DNA of 64,000 bases from contig JAKMXF010000300.1 of NCBI GenBank assembly GCA_024704765.1, positions 310,001-374,000 on the forward strand, read 5' to 3'. This document shows, in pieces, positions 45,405 through 60,818 of this stretch (position 1 is the first letter of the stretch; each line of letters starts with the position of its first letter). The position numbers were made by a program, and so were the translations under genes. The notes under the pieces were generated by a model that saw only the letters and a program-made list of their open reading frames with translations, was not told where the DNA came from and searched no databases. This stretch comes from Oopsacas minuta. Lineage: Eukaryota; Animalia; Porifera.

Positions 45405-47202
45405 ATGTCCCGTCGACCAATATCAAACCAGGGCAGAGCTAAGCCAGACGTTAAATCCTATCCTACACGCCCCAGCACTACAAATAAACAGAAAAAGCCC
45501 GTAGACCCAGTGAAAGCAGAAGAAGAGTATAAAAGGATGAACGAGGAGCTACAGAGAGAATTTCCTGAAATTTCAAAGCAATATGATAGCTTTATGGATC
45601 CTTCCAATCCGACCTCTCTAGAAGGCTTCCTCAAACAAATGGGCACCCAATTGGGAACAGATATTTCCTCAATTACGGACAACAAAGAACCATTCAATAC
45701 TCCTATACCTGAAGCTAAATCAGGAGAAGACTTAGTCCCTAACATCGATAAACTTCTGCAATCACTAAATTGCCCTACAGAAATTAATGATCAATTTTCT
45801 AGCATCAAAGCACGAGAGAAAGAGTATGAGAGATTGAATGATGAATTGAATAATAAGAATGCTACAATGATGGAAGATTGTAGAGCTCTCTTAAATAAGC
45901 TCAATTCTGGAAATGATTTACTATTGGAAAATGAATTAGAAACACCCTCACTTACAGAAGATTTCGCTACTAACTTTGAGTCAATAAAAGCAAGGGAGAA
46001 GGAATATATAAGGCTAAATGAGGAACTGGACAAGAAGAACGCTTTAGTAACGAAACAAGCTGAAGAGATACTCAATAAACAACGTAGAAAAGACCCATAC
46101 CTGAATTCTAAATTGTCCAGCAAGAAGCCTCCACAAACAAGATCTCTAAATACTAAAGCAGTCAGATCATCAGAGAAAATTACAAAACTTCATACACAGG
46201 ATAATACTATAGGAAATAGAACAGATTCTGAGGAGTCTATAGATGCACTTAGAGATGAGATTCTATCTGGAACAGATTTCTCAGATGCTATACGTAGAAT
46301 TGAAGCTAAAGTATTGAAAATTAACAGCAGTCCTGAACAGATAGAACCGACTAAAGAGCAAATTAGCTCACAAGTTGAAATAGAAAATACAAGAAGAGGA
46401 ATAGCTGAAAAACAGACATTCAATTTAGGTCGTCCTGCTACGGCCCCTGGTCCAATCCCGAGAACAGCTGGAGGGTCTAGAGCTAAAGATCCGATCAGAG
46501 ATATCGAGCCTCCAGAAGAAGTAGGAGCTGAAGCAATTCAGAGATTCCTGAAAGCTAAACTAAACGTTTTGCAAGAAGAACTAGACAGAGCCTCAGAGGA
46601 GATAGCGCAAAAAGACGCAGAATTACAGGAATGTAAGAAAGAGCTGCTCGCGAAACAGGAACAGAATATACAGCTCGACAGACGAGCTACAAGTCTTAGA
46701 ACTACCTCTGAGAAGCAACAGAAGAAATTAGATTTAGTCACGAATGAATTGGATAACAGTAAATTAGAGGTAAGATACCATTTACTAGTTGTATATTATA
46801 GCTTAGACGCGTAATATAATCATGTGATAGATAGCTGGATTGAAAAGAGACTTAGACTCACAGGTACGTAACCAGAAGAAAACAGACAATACTCAATCTG
46901 CTGTAGAAGTAAGGCTGAACAGAGCTCTAGAAGAAATTGAAAAACACAAATCTACTATTCAGCATTTGAAAAGCGATACAAAAGACACACAACAGTCTAG
47001 CACCAAAAAGCTAGAAGAACTTCAATCTGAAAATAAAATATTGTTTAAACAGAGAGAAGAATTAATGACAGGATTCAAGAAACAGATGAGATTAATTGAC
47101 AATTTAAAAAGACAGAAGATGCACATCGAAGCTGCTAAAATGTTAGCATTTAGTGAGGAAGAATTTATGCGTGTGTTAGACTGGTGGAAAGTCAAAGACT
47201 AA
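45405..47202 (+). CDS. TEX9: Testis-expressed protein 9-like coiled-coil protein
   Basis: EEEYKRMNEEL, RFLKAKLNVLQEEL, EVRLNRALEE, KRQKMHIEAAKMLAFSEEEFM. Phase-0 intron 46770-46830. Confidence 0.85.
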
Positions 47203-47411
47203 GTCACATACAAATACATACAAACCGATCTCTTACCCTTCCCAATAGAACTGAACGATTTTAATGTGATACTATTGATTATAGATACGTACTAATCATA
47301 CGAGTGCATAGAGAGATAAGTAATAATAATGAGTGTAAAAATGTTCATTCAAACGACAAACTAGAGTTCTTATCGAGGGTGAGTGGGAGTAAGTAAGTGC
47401 TCGGGTTGTAT

Positions 47412-48038
<627 letters not shown>

Positions 48039-48265
48039 TTATCTAATCTGATAATTGTCTATATTCGTAAATATACAATCTTAACTATCAAAATTCTTTT
48101 ATAGAGAATCTAGATTCAAATGATGTTAGTTAGACACTTACTTTGAACCTATTTCAATCTAGCAATAATTACTCAATCAACTGTCTGCATGTATAGCCGT
48201 CCAATAGTGTAATGTTTCATAATACTGTATTAAACTAAACAAATAGTAAATGGCTAGATAATAGA
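48039..48265. promoter_or_regulatory. Putative bidirectional promoter CAPSL/DECR1
   Basis: Head-to-head genes 227 nt apart; inferred from arrangement only. Confidence 0.45.
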
Positions 48266-49323
<1,058 letters not shown>

Positions 49324-49503
49324 CTTACAGAATCATATTTAGAGAAAAAAGATTCTGTCAGTTTGATACTTTGTTTGTTGTTTGTGTATTTTGGAGTAAA
49401 CATATCAATAAATATTATTAAACAGCTGAGTAAATAAAAATATAGAAACCTTGAATAATCCAAATAGTATGAGCTAATCTCTATGATTTAATAAACATTG
49501 GCG

Positions 49504-50461
49504 TTATTTTGCTAACTTTGCAATAAGCGCTTTACCGTTTTCAGATTTCCACCCATTAGCATCTTCGAACCCATTCGTACACATCCTAAAATCGAGCATA
49601 GCTTGCCTCAATTCATCGTTCGTGTTCATGACAAAAGGACCAGCTTGTGCTACACTCTCTCCTATAGGTTGACCAGCTACTAGCACGAAATGTAACACCT
49701 CACTGCCATTATTCTCAAATCTAATTCCATCTCCTTTTTGGTTGAAGAGGAGAGTATAATGAGCGGAACATTCCTTTGAGCCACCAACGTTGCCAAACAA
49801 CCCCTTCCCATCTAGTATATAAATAAACGCATTCCAGGTTTTCCCAATTTCCTGGAAATGCGAAGCTCCAGGTTGTAATTTAAAGTCTAAATAGTAAATG
49901 GGAGTTGTTGTGTAAACCTTAGATTCTATACCCATTGCCTTACCAGCTATAACTGCTACCATGACACCATCCTTCTCAACTTTTGGGATATCTTTAGATT
50001 TCAATTCTTGGTACCTGGGATCACACATCTTATATTTAGCAGGGAGATTCACCCATAACTGTAGTCCTCTTGCCTGGCCGTCTCCACAAGGCATTTCTGA
50101 GTGTAAGATACCTTTTCCGGCTGTCATCCATTGTAAGTCTCCCTCATTTAAAACACCTAAATAATCCAAATGGAAATTGTAGAAATAAGAAGTTATTGTA
50201 AGTACCTTTGTTCCCTTTGAAGTCTTCGTGGGTTAAACAACCTTTCAGAACATAAGTCACCGTTTCAAACCCCCTGTGTGGATGATCTGGGAACCCAGAA
50301 TTGCCCCCTAGGCCCATCATCTCGTCTAGCATCAGAAAGGGGTCCAATCGTCCACAGTCTTGTCTCCCTATACTCCTCCTAACTCTAGCATTAATACCCT
50401 CTTGTTGTTCTATCGACTCGAATGATTTCTCTATACTTCGGCTCTGTAATGCATCTGCCAT
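49504..50461 (-). CDS. PIR: Pirin (iron-binding cupin)
   Basis: ARVRRSIG, DPFLMLDE, FPDHPHRGFETVTY, LQWMTAGKGILHSEMP, LQLWVNLP, GPFVMNT. Intron 50157-50205. Start at 50461 preferred by homology; alternative 50506. Confidence 0.95.
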
Positions 50462-50649
50462 TTGTATTGTACTGATAATACCAAGAGCTAGAAAATAACT
50501 GAACATCTCATCTAGAATGTATTCAATTATTCCAATACACTTATAATATCAGTCCGTTTCTATATATAATCAGAACAAGTTAAAATCTAAATTAGTACTA
50601 AATGAGCAGAATTAGTTCCTAAGAGAGTCAATCAATTGTTACACAAATA

Positions 50650-50650
<1 letters not shown>

Positions 50651-50686
<36 letters not shown>
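50651..50686. repeat. (GTT)12 microsatellite
   Basis: Twelve perfect GTT units directly 3' of the PASK stop codon. Confidence 0.95.
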
Positions 50687-50695
50687 AACAAGCTC

Positions 50696-53601
50696 TTAAC
50701 AGCTCTCAGACTTTACATATTGATAACGTGAAGATATTTTTGGTGTAGTTGTATCTGAAGGCAATTCTGCTTCAATAAAACTACTCGTATCGTGACCAGC
50801 TTGTCCACGCATTACAGCAAAGAAATGATATTTTTTGATGTCTACAGGTTGGTATGTCCATTCATTAGCTAGTAATTGAGTAACACTTGCTCTTGACTTA
50901 GGGTTAGGATCTAATACTTGGAAGATGAGTTGTGTTAGTTTCGCTGAGACACGGAATGGTAAATTCAGTTGCCCGCTAATCGCTTCTTCTACATCTACAT
51001 ATGGATTTTCAAAGAATGTCATTGTGTATAGGATTATTCCCATTGTCCAAACTTCAAGTTCTGGACCGTAATATTTATTTCCTAGCAAAATCTCAGGAGA
51101 GCAATACTCCATTGTGCCGCAGAAAGTCGCGAATAATTTCCCTTCCTCCATGAAATCAGCTGATCCGAAATCTATCAATCGTATATTAAAATCCTCGTCT
51201 ATTATAACATTTTCATCTTTGATATCTCTATGCGCTACATTACAAGAATGCAAATAAGCTACAGCATCTACAATCTGTCTAAATATATAGCTAAGTAGTA
51301 TCTCGTCAAGTAGAGGATGTAACTCTATGAAATCGAATAGATCCATTCCATCTCCATGTTTTCGCATTACTAACTGGTAATAGCTTAAATTCTCGTATAC
51401 CTCTAATAAATCAACTATCTTGTCGTGTTTGAGTCTACTCAAAACTAGGATCTCTTTCGGTACACGACCAAGATCTTTATCTTCAATCCAACTCTCTTGG
51501 AATACTTTAGATTTACACAAGAACTTAACAACAACAATTTCATCTATTCCTATCCGTCTACAGAGATTTACATGTCCAAATGCCCCACTACCAATCTCTC
51601 TCAATGGAATGAAGCGTTTTATAAATTCTCCAGATTCAGGCGCCACATTGTTAGGTACATATTTTTGTGGAGAAAATGTCTTTTCTTCCTCAATTGATTT
51701 TTGAGCCTTAACCGATTGACTCATGTTTAGAGCTATTTTAGCACGTTGGTCATCTTCAACACGTGATACCCATAGACATACCAACAGTTTTCCTCCTGAC
51801 AACGGAACCTTCCTTATCTGCACATCAACCGCCAGCTGAGATCCATTCTTATGAAGTGCTTTCGTTGAGAAGGAGCCTTCAGGGATAGCAGCTATCGTGG
51901 GTGTCGTTATAGAATCTGAGATGGAATTTGATAGATCCATCGGGTTGAAAGAGGGAGTAGAACACCGTTGGGATATTGAAGGCTGTGTGGGACTATTATC
52001 TGAAGGACTGTCATCCATTTTCTGTGAAATCAGCTGATTTATCTTTGTAGGGCGTGATGAAGGAGACATATGTGATGTATCGTGTATGCTCGTGTTCTTA
52101 TTCAAGGTTTGTGTTAATGAACTGTTTAAAAGTGGTGGGGTTGCTATATGTCTCATTACATGCATTCTGTTAGAAGTATTAGATATAAGAGAAGCTGAGA
52201 ATAGATCTGAGCCTTGTGTTTGATCAAAAATAGACGAATAGTTAGTCTGTTCTAAGGCGAATTCATCATCAAGCAGATCAACTTGCTCATAGAAATCTGG
52301 GATTACTTTAGTGATAAATTCATCCCTCAATTCAACATCTCCATACCCGAATATAAAAGAAGAAAAGTTATGGTTGCATCCGTATATTGTACCGTTCTCT
52401 TTCAGTGAAACTAATCCACTCACACTTCTGAATACAGTGATAGCGATAGGGAATAGAGCGTTTAGCGAGAGCAGGACTGAAGCACCCTGATCTAAGAATT
52501 CTCTTGCTACCATTAGATCAAGAATAAGAGGGAAAAAGGTACCGGATTTAGTTTTACCGGTCACGGGAACACCATCGTCAGTCTGCGGTATTTCGAGAGG
52601 AGAATTGAGTGAAGGGATTATAAGAGATAACTGTTGTCCAGTTAACTCTTTTTCATTCTCATATCCAAATAAAGTTGGTACCCAAGCTTCAAAATCACAA
52701 ATCTTACCATGAGCATCAACTTGTAGTACTGCCATTGTAAGTTCAACTGGTTCAATCACGATTATTGCACGCTCATTCTCGCGGTTTTTGTCACCTGAGC
52801 GTGCTGGCAATCGTTTCAACCAAACACTCACAGATACTTCTCCTTTAGCAGTGAGTGCTTTCATAATCTTACCGTTAATTTTCACTACTTCTCCCTTCGA
52901 ACTAAGCACTTCATCCCAGAACTCCATCTTACTAGCTCCTATCCCTGAAAGGTTCTGACTCAATAAACTGGTAACAGGTACTCCTACTAATTCCTTGCTT
53001 GACACGCCCCACAGTCTACACGCATGCTTATTAACCGTGAGAACCTCAGCAGTGGAGGTTGATATCGTTATGAGGGATTTGTTAGGGTTGCGTTTGGTTG
53101 TTGCCATCAGTTCCTCTGTCTGTGTCTCACCTAAAGAATGACGTCATAACATTAGGGTATACATAGATAGTCTATTACTACCATATACTTACCCAGTGAG
53201 CAATTAAGTCCTCTGAAGAACGAAGCCTCTAGGCTAGAGTCATAGAATCCATGTTTCTTATCTCCATTAGCTAGACAATGTCTGTTACTGTTAGATATAG
53301 CGTATGAGTAGCTCATGCTCATAAGGGACTCTCCAAAGAAGGGATCCCCTCCTGTGAGAGTAGTGGAGGTGGTATCGGTCTGATTGGCCCTGAGGTCAAG
53401 GTCCGGTTCATGAGGATCATGCTGAGGGAGACGTAAACTTCTCGTGGATTGTATCAGTTCATCGAGAGGAGAAGCTATGAATTTGCTTAGAATCCGATTC
53501 GAAGAGCTAAGAAGGAGCTTATCTCTCTCAAGTGGAAGCTTCATCTCTGAGAAACTGGGTTCTGATGTGGAGGGGCTTGGGAAAGTTACGGGACGAGACA
53601 T
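50696..53601 (-). CDS. PASK: PAS domain-containing serine/threonine kinase
   Basis: PAS regions (NPNKSLITI...VNKHACRLWG), kinase IGSGAFG, HRDIKDEN, LIDFGSA, FCGTMEYCSPE. A phase-1 intron 53131-53192 joins ORF 53601-53193 to the 803-aa ORF in frame. Confidence 0.9.
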
Positions 53602-53699
53602 ACAGCTAGTTTAATATATTTAATATAATCGTAGTTAGCTCTAATCAGATTATTTAATAGACAACTTTTAAAATTCACTATTACTGTCCTAGTTAAAAC

Positions 53700-54575
53700 T
53701 TAATTACTAATATCACCATCATTATAATAAAGATCTTTTTCATCCTCCAAGTATTGAGCACTAAGATCGCCAGCCCATGGGTCATTGTAAAGCGCTGCTT
53801 GATTGGATCTATACTCATCAAAATCACCAGTGTAATAATCCTCTTGTTCAGGTATATACTTTGAGCTATACTCTCGATCAATTTCTTGCTCCAAGTCAGA
53901 ATCAGGTATTTCTGGATAATCATTTCTCCAATTAGTCTCCTCGTTAGAATCATCGTCAGATAAACCTGTGTGTTCGAATTCATCAAAATAGTGGGCGTGC
54001 GGGGCCTTGGTAACAGGGTCTACCCATGTGACATCATACTCTAGAGGGTTGATAAGAACCATGGTAGGGTCATCAAACATTGACAAATCCGCACCATCAG
54101 TTAAGTATAGATCGTATACATAGTCGTAGTCAATTGGCTGTATATTTTGATTTGAATTTGGCAGTATTTCTCGTATCAGCTCATCTCCATTACATGTTAC
54201 AACTGGTTTGGGATTTGGAGCTGTTTTTGGTTGTGAATACGGTTGTAAAGTGAATGTATCTGTCACTGAATCTTGTACAATATCAAATACCTGTAGACTA
54301 TTGTTGTTTATTTCAGCATTAGAATGTTCAATATCTCCTAATTTCAGTTTTTTCATTTTTCCGCCCAAATCATTTCCCCCCAGGAACTCAGAAATTTTAT
54401 CTTCTGTTGGAGTGATCATGTCAATACTTGTTGTTCTTATAAACACAGTTTTGGGTTCAACAAATTTTCTATCACTATTGTCAGATTCTATGAAGAAAGA
54501 TTCTAAAGGAGGAGCTTGTCTCTTCCGCTTCATTCTGATTATAACTGAGTTTTGAGGATCAGCTTGGCTGGCCAT
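53700..54575 (-). CDS. SLC7A6OS: RNA polymerase II nuclear localisation protein Iwr1/SLC7A6OS
   Basis: N-terminal IIRMKRKR, DYVYDLY, Iwr1 motif DDDSNEETNWRNDYPE. Intronless. Confidence 0.85.
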   Translation of the reverse strand: MASQADPQNSVIIRMKRKRQAPPLESFFIESDNSDRKFVEPKTVFIRTTSIDMITPTEDKISEFLGGNDLGGKMKKLKLGDIEHSNAEINNNSLQVFDIVQDSVTDTFTLQPYSQPKTAPNPKPVVTCNGDELIREILPNSNQNIQPIDYDYVYDLYLTDGADLSMFDDPTMVLINPLEYDVTWVDPVTKAPHAHYFDEFEHTGLSDDDSNEETNWRNDYPEIPDSDLEQEIDREYSSKYIPEQEDYYTGDFDEYRSNQAALYNDPWAGDLSAQYLEDEKDLYYNDGDISN

Positions 54576-54726
54576 TTTAATGCTAATTCTTTTATAGAAA
54601 TATGTTATTATTCGAACTTGCTAACTACATTAAAAGGATTGTAAATACTTGCAATAAATAGCGAATATAAATGAACAACATATTAAAAAACTACAGAGTT
54701 ATAACATAATTATTAGTATGTATAAG

Positions 54727-57700
54727 TTAGTGTATCGTAGAATCTTCGAAAAGAAATGAATCATAGAACTTCTTACTGGTGGTGAGGGTATTCTTAATTT
54801 GAGGTTTCGGGTTGTCTAACAGGGCTAGTTTACGCTGCATAAGAGGGCCATCACGAACGATTGCCAGTGATTTAGAATTTCTTGTTGTGATGTCGTTGGT
54901 GATATCAGTTTGCTCCTTATCTTTGCAATTATTTTTAGAAATAAGATTTGAAGCAATAAACCTGTTTGTCAGATTTTTTTTTGAAGGAGGAAGGAAACCT
55001 TCGTTATATTTACGCATAAGTATCTCTTCATCTAAGCTTAGCGCGGGTAATCCCTTGGTAGCAGTCATCTCCCATTCATATTTAAACTTCTTACAAATCT
55101 CTCCAACGGAAAAGTGTTTATTAAACATGTAACAGAGATAGGGGTCTAGTCGGAAAGCAGTTAAGATATTTCTCCTTGCAGTTGGATTAAACGTCAAATA
55201 ACCCAATACAACAGCAGCCATACGAGCTACACTGTTAGCTTGATGGAATAAGTTCTTGAAGCAGTGTTCTATCCCATTAGCTCCTATTATCGCAGCAGGT
55301 ATTCCCTCTGTAGTGCGACTGAGTGCAGCTAAGTAATTCAATGATTCTATAACGATAAGTTCATTGCTATCTGATAAGAGGTTAATAAGATCTTGTAGAC
55401 CGTTTATAATTACATCAGCTGATGAGATGTCTCTAAAGAAAGATGCTAGGGTTATCTGTGAAAATGTTATATCACAAAAATTAGTTGAATTAAAGTAATC
55501 TTCTTTCAAATCTGTGAAGTCCTTGTAACTGAGTCGTAGTGTGTAGTTACGAGAAAATGTTCTTTGAAAAGGTTTATTATTGAATACGAATAAAGCTAAA
55601 CTCAGAATAGCGATCACTCTAGCCAGACAATATTCCGACTTCAATAAACTTAACAAATCGTTGATATTCAAATGTTGATTGTTCTGCTCTATATTGAATA
55701 GCATTCCTTTCTCCAAATTCCTATACGCCCTTTGGTTGTCACGCATGTATGCGGCTATACACAGCCAGGATTTAGCTCTCAGCAGATTATCCCCAACAGA
55801 TAACAGATTCATCAGAGAATAGATATTGTTATTCTCATAGAATGCTTCTTGTATTTCAATATTGGGAGTCAATGCTTGTGCTAATAAGAATGAATACAGA
55901 GTATCTGTGAGATGTAGAATACGTTCTCGTACATTCTCCAAATCCCCCTGGTTGTGAGTCATCTCCCTGATTGCCCCCTGGAGGGTGCGAAATACAGGTA
56001 ACACCCCTGCTTCCTTGTAAATACGACAAGCTATATTAGATTGACCAGTAGCAAGTGCATTTAATGCATCTGCACAGACTAACTCTAACTTCAAATCTCC
56101 TAACTCAATCATATCCGCCAGCATAGGAATTGTTATGAAGTTAGCTATTACTTTCTTTGTATCGAGTTTAGAACCAGCTATAGCATAAAGAGCAAATAGT
56201 CCACAGGTTTTGGTTTGATTTTCTTTCATCTTGGAGAGACGAGCTAGTCCAGATTTTGACTTAGAATTAGCTAGTATTATATCTTGACAATTCTGATTCT
56301 TACTAGCTATATTCTCAATAGCTTGTGCAGCTGAGTTTTGAACTAAACTGACGTCACTGAATAGGAGGTTAACAAGAAAATCTACAGCACCAGTTTCTAC
56401 AACAGACATCTGATTTTCAGTATTATCTTCTACGATAGAAGCTATTGCCATCGCAGAGGCAATCTTAATGTCATGGGAAGGGTCTTGTAGCAAGGACACT
56501 AGTTTAGGCAATGCTTTTGCTTTGACTATATTCTTTTTGCATTTAGTATTCAACTTAGCCAATTGACATAGACAGTAGCAGGCATTTAACCTCAGGTCAT
56601 AAGAACTGGAAGTAAGGATAGGGACTATATGAGAAATAGCACCTTGCGAATGGATAATATCTTGGTACTCTGTAACTATTGTACGATCTGTTGAGTCAGT
56701 TGATATAGTTACCATGTCAGATAGAATAACTACTATTCTCCATTGTAGCTTTTCACTTATATTTTGACTGGCTAGTAGATTTGTTAATTGTGATACAACT
56801 TGTGTAGAACCTAGAGCTTTCTTAACTAACGGCTGATAGCTAATATTCTGTAGAACAAGTGTACACAAAAACTGTAGCTCTTCTCCTTTATCTAGCAGTG
56901 ATATGAGGGCATCTATTCCTCCAGCATTGTATAATTCTTGAAAATATTCATTAGATATTTTAGAGAGAGGGTCTAACATCCTAGCTGAACACTCAATCTA
57001 CAGATTGTAATCATTAAATATATGACGTTATGTTAACTACGTAATACCTCTTGAATATCAGCTGATTTTAACATGTCTGTAAGTGCTTGCCATACAGGAA
57101 TATCTCCTCTCTTGAGCTCGATAAAGTACTTGAGGATATTTATATGACAGTTCATAGCTGTCCACTGCACTAAAGTGTATTTCTCTCCTACGATCGGATC
57201 TATACTAGCTCCTAGTCTCAGTAACTGAGTGACTGTGTCCAGAGCACCAGCTTGTATGGCTAGGAGTAGAGGAGTACACTCATTACTGTCTTGAGTTACA
57301 GTGTTAAGTGAGTCCGGGTTACGTTGTACTAAATAACGCACTATATACTGGTAGTTGTTGTAAGCAGCATAATGCAGAGGGATCCATCCTATTAATAAAT
57401 AATAATAATAATAATAATAATCCACAATTAAGATGAATACACGTATTGAGTATAATTACCTTTATAATCAACATGTGTAGCATCAGCTCCATGGGTTATC
57501 AGGGAAGCTACTATATCTATATGTCCAGATCCAGCTGCTATTGATAGAGGAGAGGTTCTTTCAATAGAATTGAATTCGTTAGGCTGATTGACGTCACAAC
57601 CCATACGCATTAAACTTATAACAATATGGCTGTGTCCGTATAGACAAGCTAAATGCAGGAGATTGTTACCGTCAGCACCAGGCTTCTGCATGTATGTTTT

Positions 57701-60651
57701 AGTTGAACGAGATGCTAGCGTATAGAAAGCTATTAGCTCTCCAAGTTCTGTTACTTTACGGAGCTGAGATGGATTAGTTTTAAGTCTTGATACTTCTTTT
57801 GAACCTAATCTGAGACGTAATAGATCTTGTATACGAGTTTCTGAGAAGCGATCTGAAGACTTTAGCATGTCTCCTTTGTTACGGAGCTCATCCTTAAATG
57901 CATGTACCCATCTGTAAATAAAATATAATACTACTACAGTTAATATTGATAGTATAATTACCTTGGTATTTTAGGAGAAACTGCATAGAAATCTTCAAAT
58001 GTTATCTTTAAGAAATAACAACTCTCTCCATCCTCACACACTGTGTGATATACTTTCTTATTCTTCTCTTCTCTCTCAATCAAGCCAGGGAGTTGGTTTA
58101 ACATGTCGCTCGAGATATCAACGGTTTCACTCAAATCTCTCATTTCAATTCTTTGTTTGAATATGTCTAATGAGCACTTAACTCCACACAGTTTGGAGGT
58201 TTTCTGTGGGTGCCAGCGAGAGCCTAAACTAGGGAGAATGGGACAAAATTGCTTCTCATTAGTGTAGGCATCTTTCTCGAGTTTCTCCAACAGAGAAGGT
58301 TCATGAGGGATCTTGCCTGGAAAAATATTTAAATCACGATATTACTAGCAATTTACTTCTATTTATACCTTTTCGTTTGAGTACAATGAACAGTGGTAGA
58401 AGAAATATAATAAACTTGAATAGCATCAAATCCATTGTATATTTGAGGTCAGAGAAGAGATGTTTGTATAGATATTGTCTTTGTGCTTGAAGGTAACAGT
58501 GAATTCTACGATGGTCTACTTGTGACAAGTTCTCAAACTGAATGTGTTTTACTCCTAGGTCAATTTCTGCTGAGCTCAATAGGACATTACCCTATGAATT
58601 TAAATTGGTTACACACAGACTATTAATTGGTGCAAGATAGTGCTGGTAATCACTGAGCTAAAAATAGCAATTATTATTCAATATGTGTATCAAGATTTAC
58701 AGGGATAAACAGGTATAAATCATTTCCATGATGGGCTCACACAACTAAATTATGGACAGTATTAGCTTCGAATTAGACAAGTGCATAGGGAAGATAGGCA
58801 GTGAAGTATCTAACATTAAACGGCCACAAGGACTAGCTATTGATACCATAAATGAAAATATATATATTGTAGATGAAGGCAATAGAAAAGTATTAGTCTA
58901 TACGATAGGAGGAGAATTTATATTAGAATTTCCTAAGAAATTGGGTTATATACTAAGAGGTGCTTGTGGCATTGCTGTTAAGTTCAATAAGGTATTCGTG
59001 ACTGAAGAATTTCGTTCTACAATTTCTGTATTCAGCTTAGAAGGAAATTTCCTAACACGATTCGATGGCCGAACTCTATTTATAAAAGAATCACTGGATG
59101 TACCAACTGGAATAACAGTCGCAAAAGATGGAACTGTTTTCGCGTGCGATTGTTTCAACTCCAATATCGTGATATTTACCGAGGAATTAATTCCGCAAAT
59201 ATATATTTTACCAGCTGGGAAACTTCCCAAAGATGTTAAGCTGTTGAATGATAGAACACTAGCTATATTGAATGGAGACACAAAATGCATTATGCTAATT
59301 AACTTAGAAGATGGAAATAAGGAAGATATGATAGTTAACAGGAAAGAAGGAGATGTCTACAATCCAATATTCTTTGAAATTTATCTCAACGAGTATATAC
59401 TTATTAGCGATTATGAGAATAATACAATTAAGATATTCTCTAAGAAAGGAAAGCTATTGAATGTCATTGGTAAGAGTGGAGAAATGTTCAATTATCCTAC
59501 TGGTATTGCTGTACACAGCAATACACAAACTTTAATTAGTGTATGCCGGAAAGAACACAGTCCTATCCAATTCTTCAAATTAGAAACTTAATTTTCTGCT
59601 AACTTACATTGAAATTAACTGACTTTAGACGACCTACAATGTGAGGAATGAGAGAATCTATGTGAAGAAGGAATGTCTGTTTTCTAGCTGCCTCTTCTGA
59701 AGTCGCGAAATCTGGCGGATCATTACGATTGGGAAGTTGTAATTTATCCAAATCCAATAATCCTAAGAATTAATATTAAAATTTGCATGTGACAATACTT
59801 CCAATAATTTTTACCTGCTTCTAATAAGTCATTTCTTTCCTCTCTCATGCGTGTGTTACCGTCTATGTATGTAGGTTCTTTGGGCAGATGTATCATACCC
59901 ATCTTAAAGTAGGTCTTCTGTATCTGTTCTGACATTGCATTAGCTACTTGTAGAGAATCTCGACGATTGCTAAAAATATATAAATTTGACTTAGAATTTC
60001 ATAAGAATTCTTACAATACTATACCTCATTTGGATAGGAGCTTGAGATTGTTTGAAGAGAGTGCGCCAGTTGTCACCTAGTCCCGACTGCTTGTCAATGT
60101 CAAACTCAAATCTGTTCAGTAGTGATATGACAGCATAACCAATAGATATCATAGTCTGTCCTATTAGCGTATTGTTGTAAGCAGGAGTTATCCTTACTGT
60201 TGTGCTACCTAGATAATGTGTACATATAACTACGTATTCAAGTATTTGTTGGGGAGTTAAATAGCTAACCGTCATGATTGGGTATAAATGAAAGCTGTGG
60301 AGTTTGTTGGAATATATAGATACCAATAGTAAGTTCTCTGATAATGTGGTGGATTTGAGTGAGAGTAGGGAATTTGAGAGGAGTTGAATTTTCATTTTTA
60401 ACTCTGAACCCGAGGATTAGATCAATATATTGGTTTGAAGAGAGGGTGGGGAAGGGGTGTAAAAAGGCCTCTTGAGGGGGACTGGGGTCAAACTCCCCTA
60501 GCAACCAGTCAGTGTGTCGATAGTATGCAGAGGCATGCAGAGAGGTCCTCTCTAACTTTTCAAAGTAGTGACTAGCATTTCTCGCAGCTGTAATGAGTGA
60601 TTTAGCTACACGCTCCATTTCAGTACGTATTGAAGGCTGATTGCCAGACAT
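54727..60651 (-). CDS. ANKAR: Ankyrin and armadillo repeat-containing protein; host of a nested NHL gene
   Basis: N-terminal RNASHYFEK, IRELTIGIY, PAYNNTLIGQ, KFIIFLLP, ankyrins (GWIPLHYAA, CTPLLLA), armadillo repeats. In-frame introns 60209-60269, 59970-60024, 59763-59814, 58592-59607, 58317-58368, 57912-57961, 57389-57459, 56998-57047. Confidence 0.85.
57399..57420. repeat. (AAT)n microsatellite in an ANKAR intron
   Basis: About seven AAT units. Confidence 0.8.
58752..59591 (+). CDS. NHL-repeat beta-propeller protein, nested antisense in an ANKAR intron
   Basis: NHL repeats RPQGLAID...IYIVDEGNRKVLVY, VPTGITV...VFACDCFNSNIVIF, FNYPTGIAV. Intronless, 279 aa. Confidence 0.85.
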   Translation: MDSISFELDKCIGKIGSEVSNIKRPQGLAIDTINENIYIVDEGNRKVLVYTIGGEFILEFPKKLGYILRGACGIAVKFNKVFVTEEFRSTISVFSLEGNFLTRFDGRTLFIKESLDVPTGITVAKDGTVFACDCFNSNIVIFTEELIPQIYILPAGKLPKDVKLLNDRTLAILNGDTKCIMLINLEDGNKEDMIVNRKEGDVYNPIFFEIYLNEYILISDYENNTIKIFSKKGKLLNVIGKSGEMFNYPTGIAVHSNTQTLISVCRKEHSPIQFFKLET

Positions 60652-60818
60652 AATTATCTAATACAATAAATAACTCCAATGGGTTATATCCAATCTATTT
60701 ATGTTTCTGAAAATGAATGTTTTGATATATCAGCACAATTATTTATATTATAAATTAACTCATCAAACAATAGCTAAGAATAGTATCCAGTTTCCTATAT
60801 GTAGGTCTCTTCAATTGT

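Noticed and set aside
59991-60651. Apparent frameshift between two overlapping minus-strand ORFs
   Set aside because: Resolved by a 61-nt phase-1 intron (60209-60269) in ANKAR; no recoding is needed.
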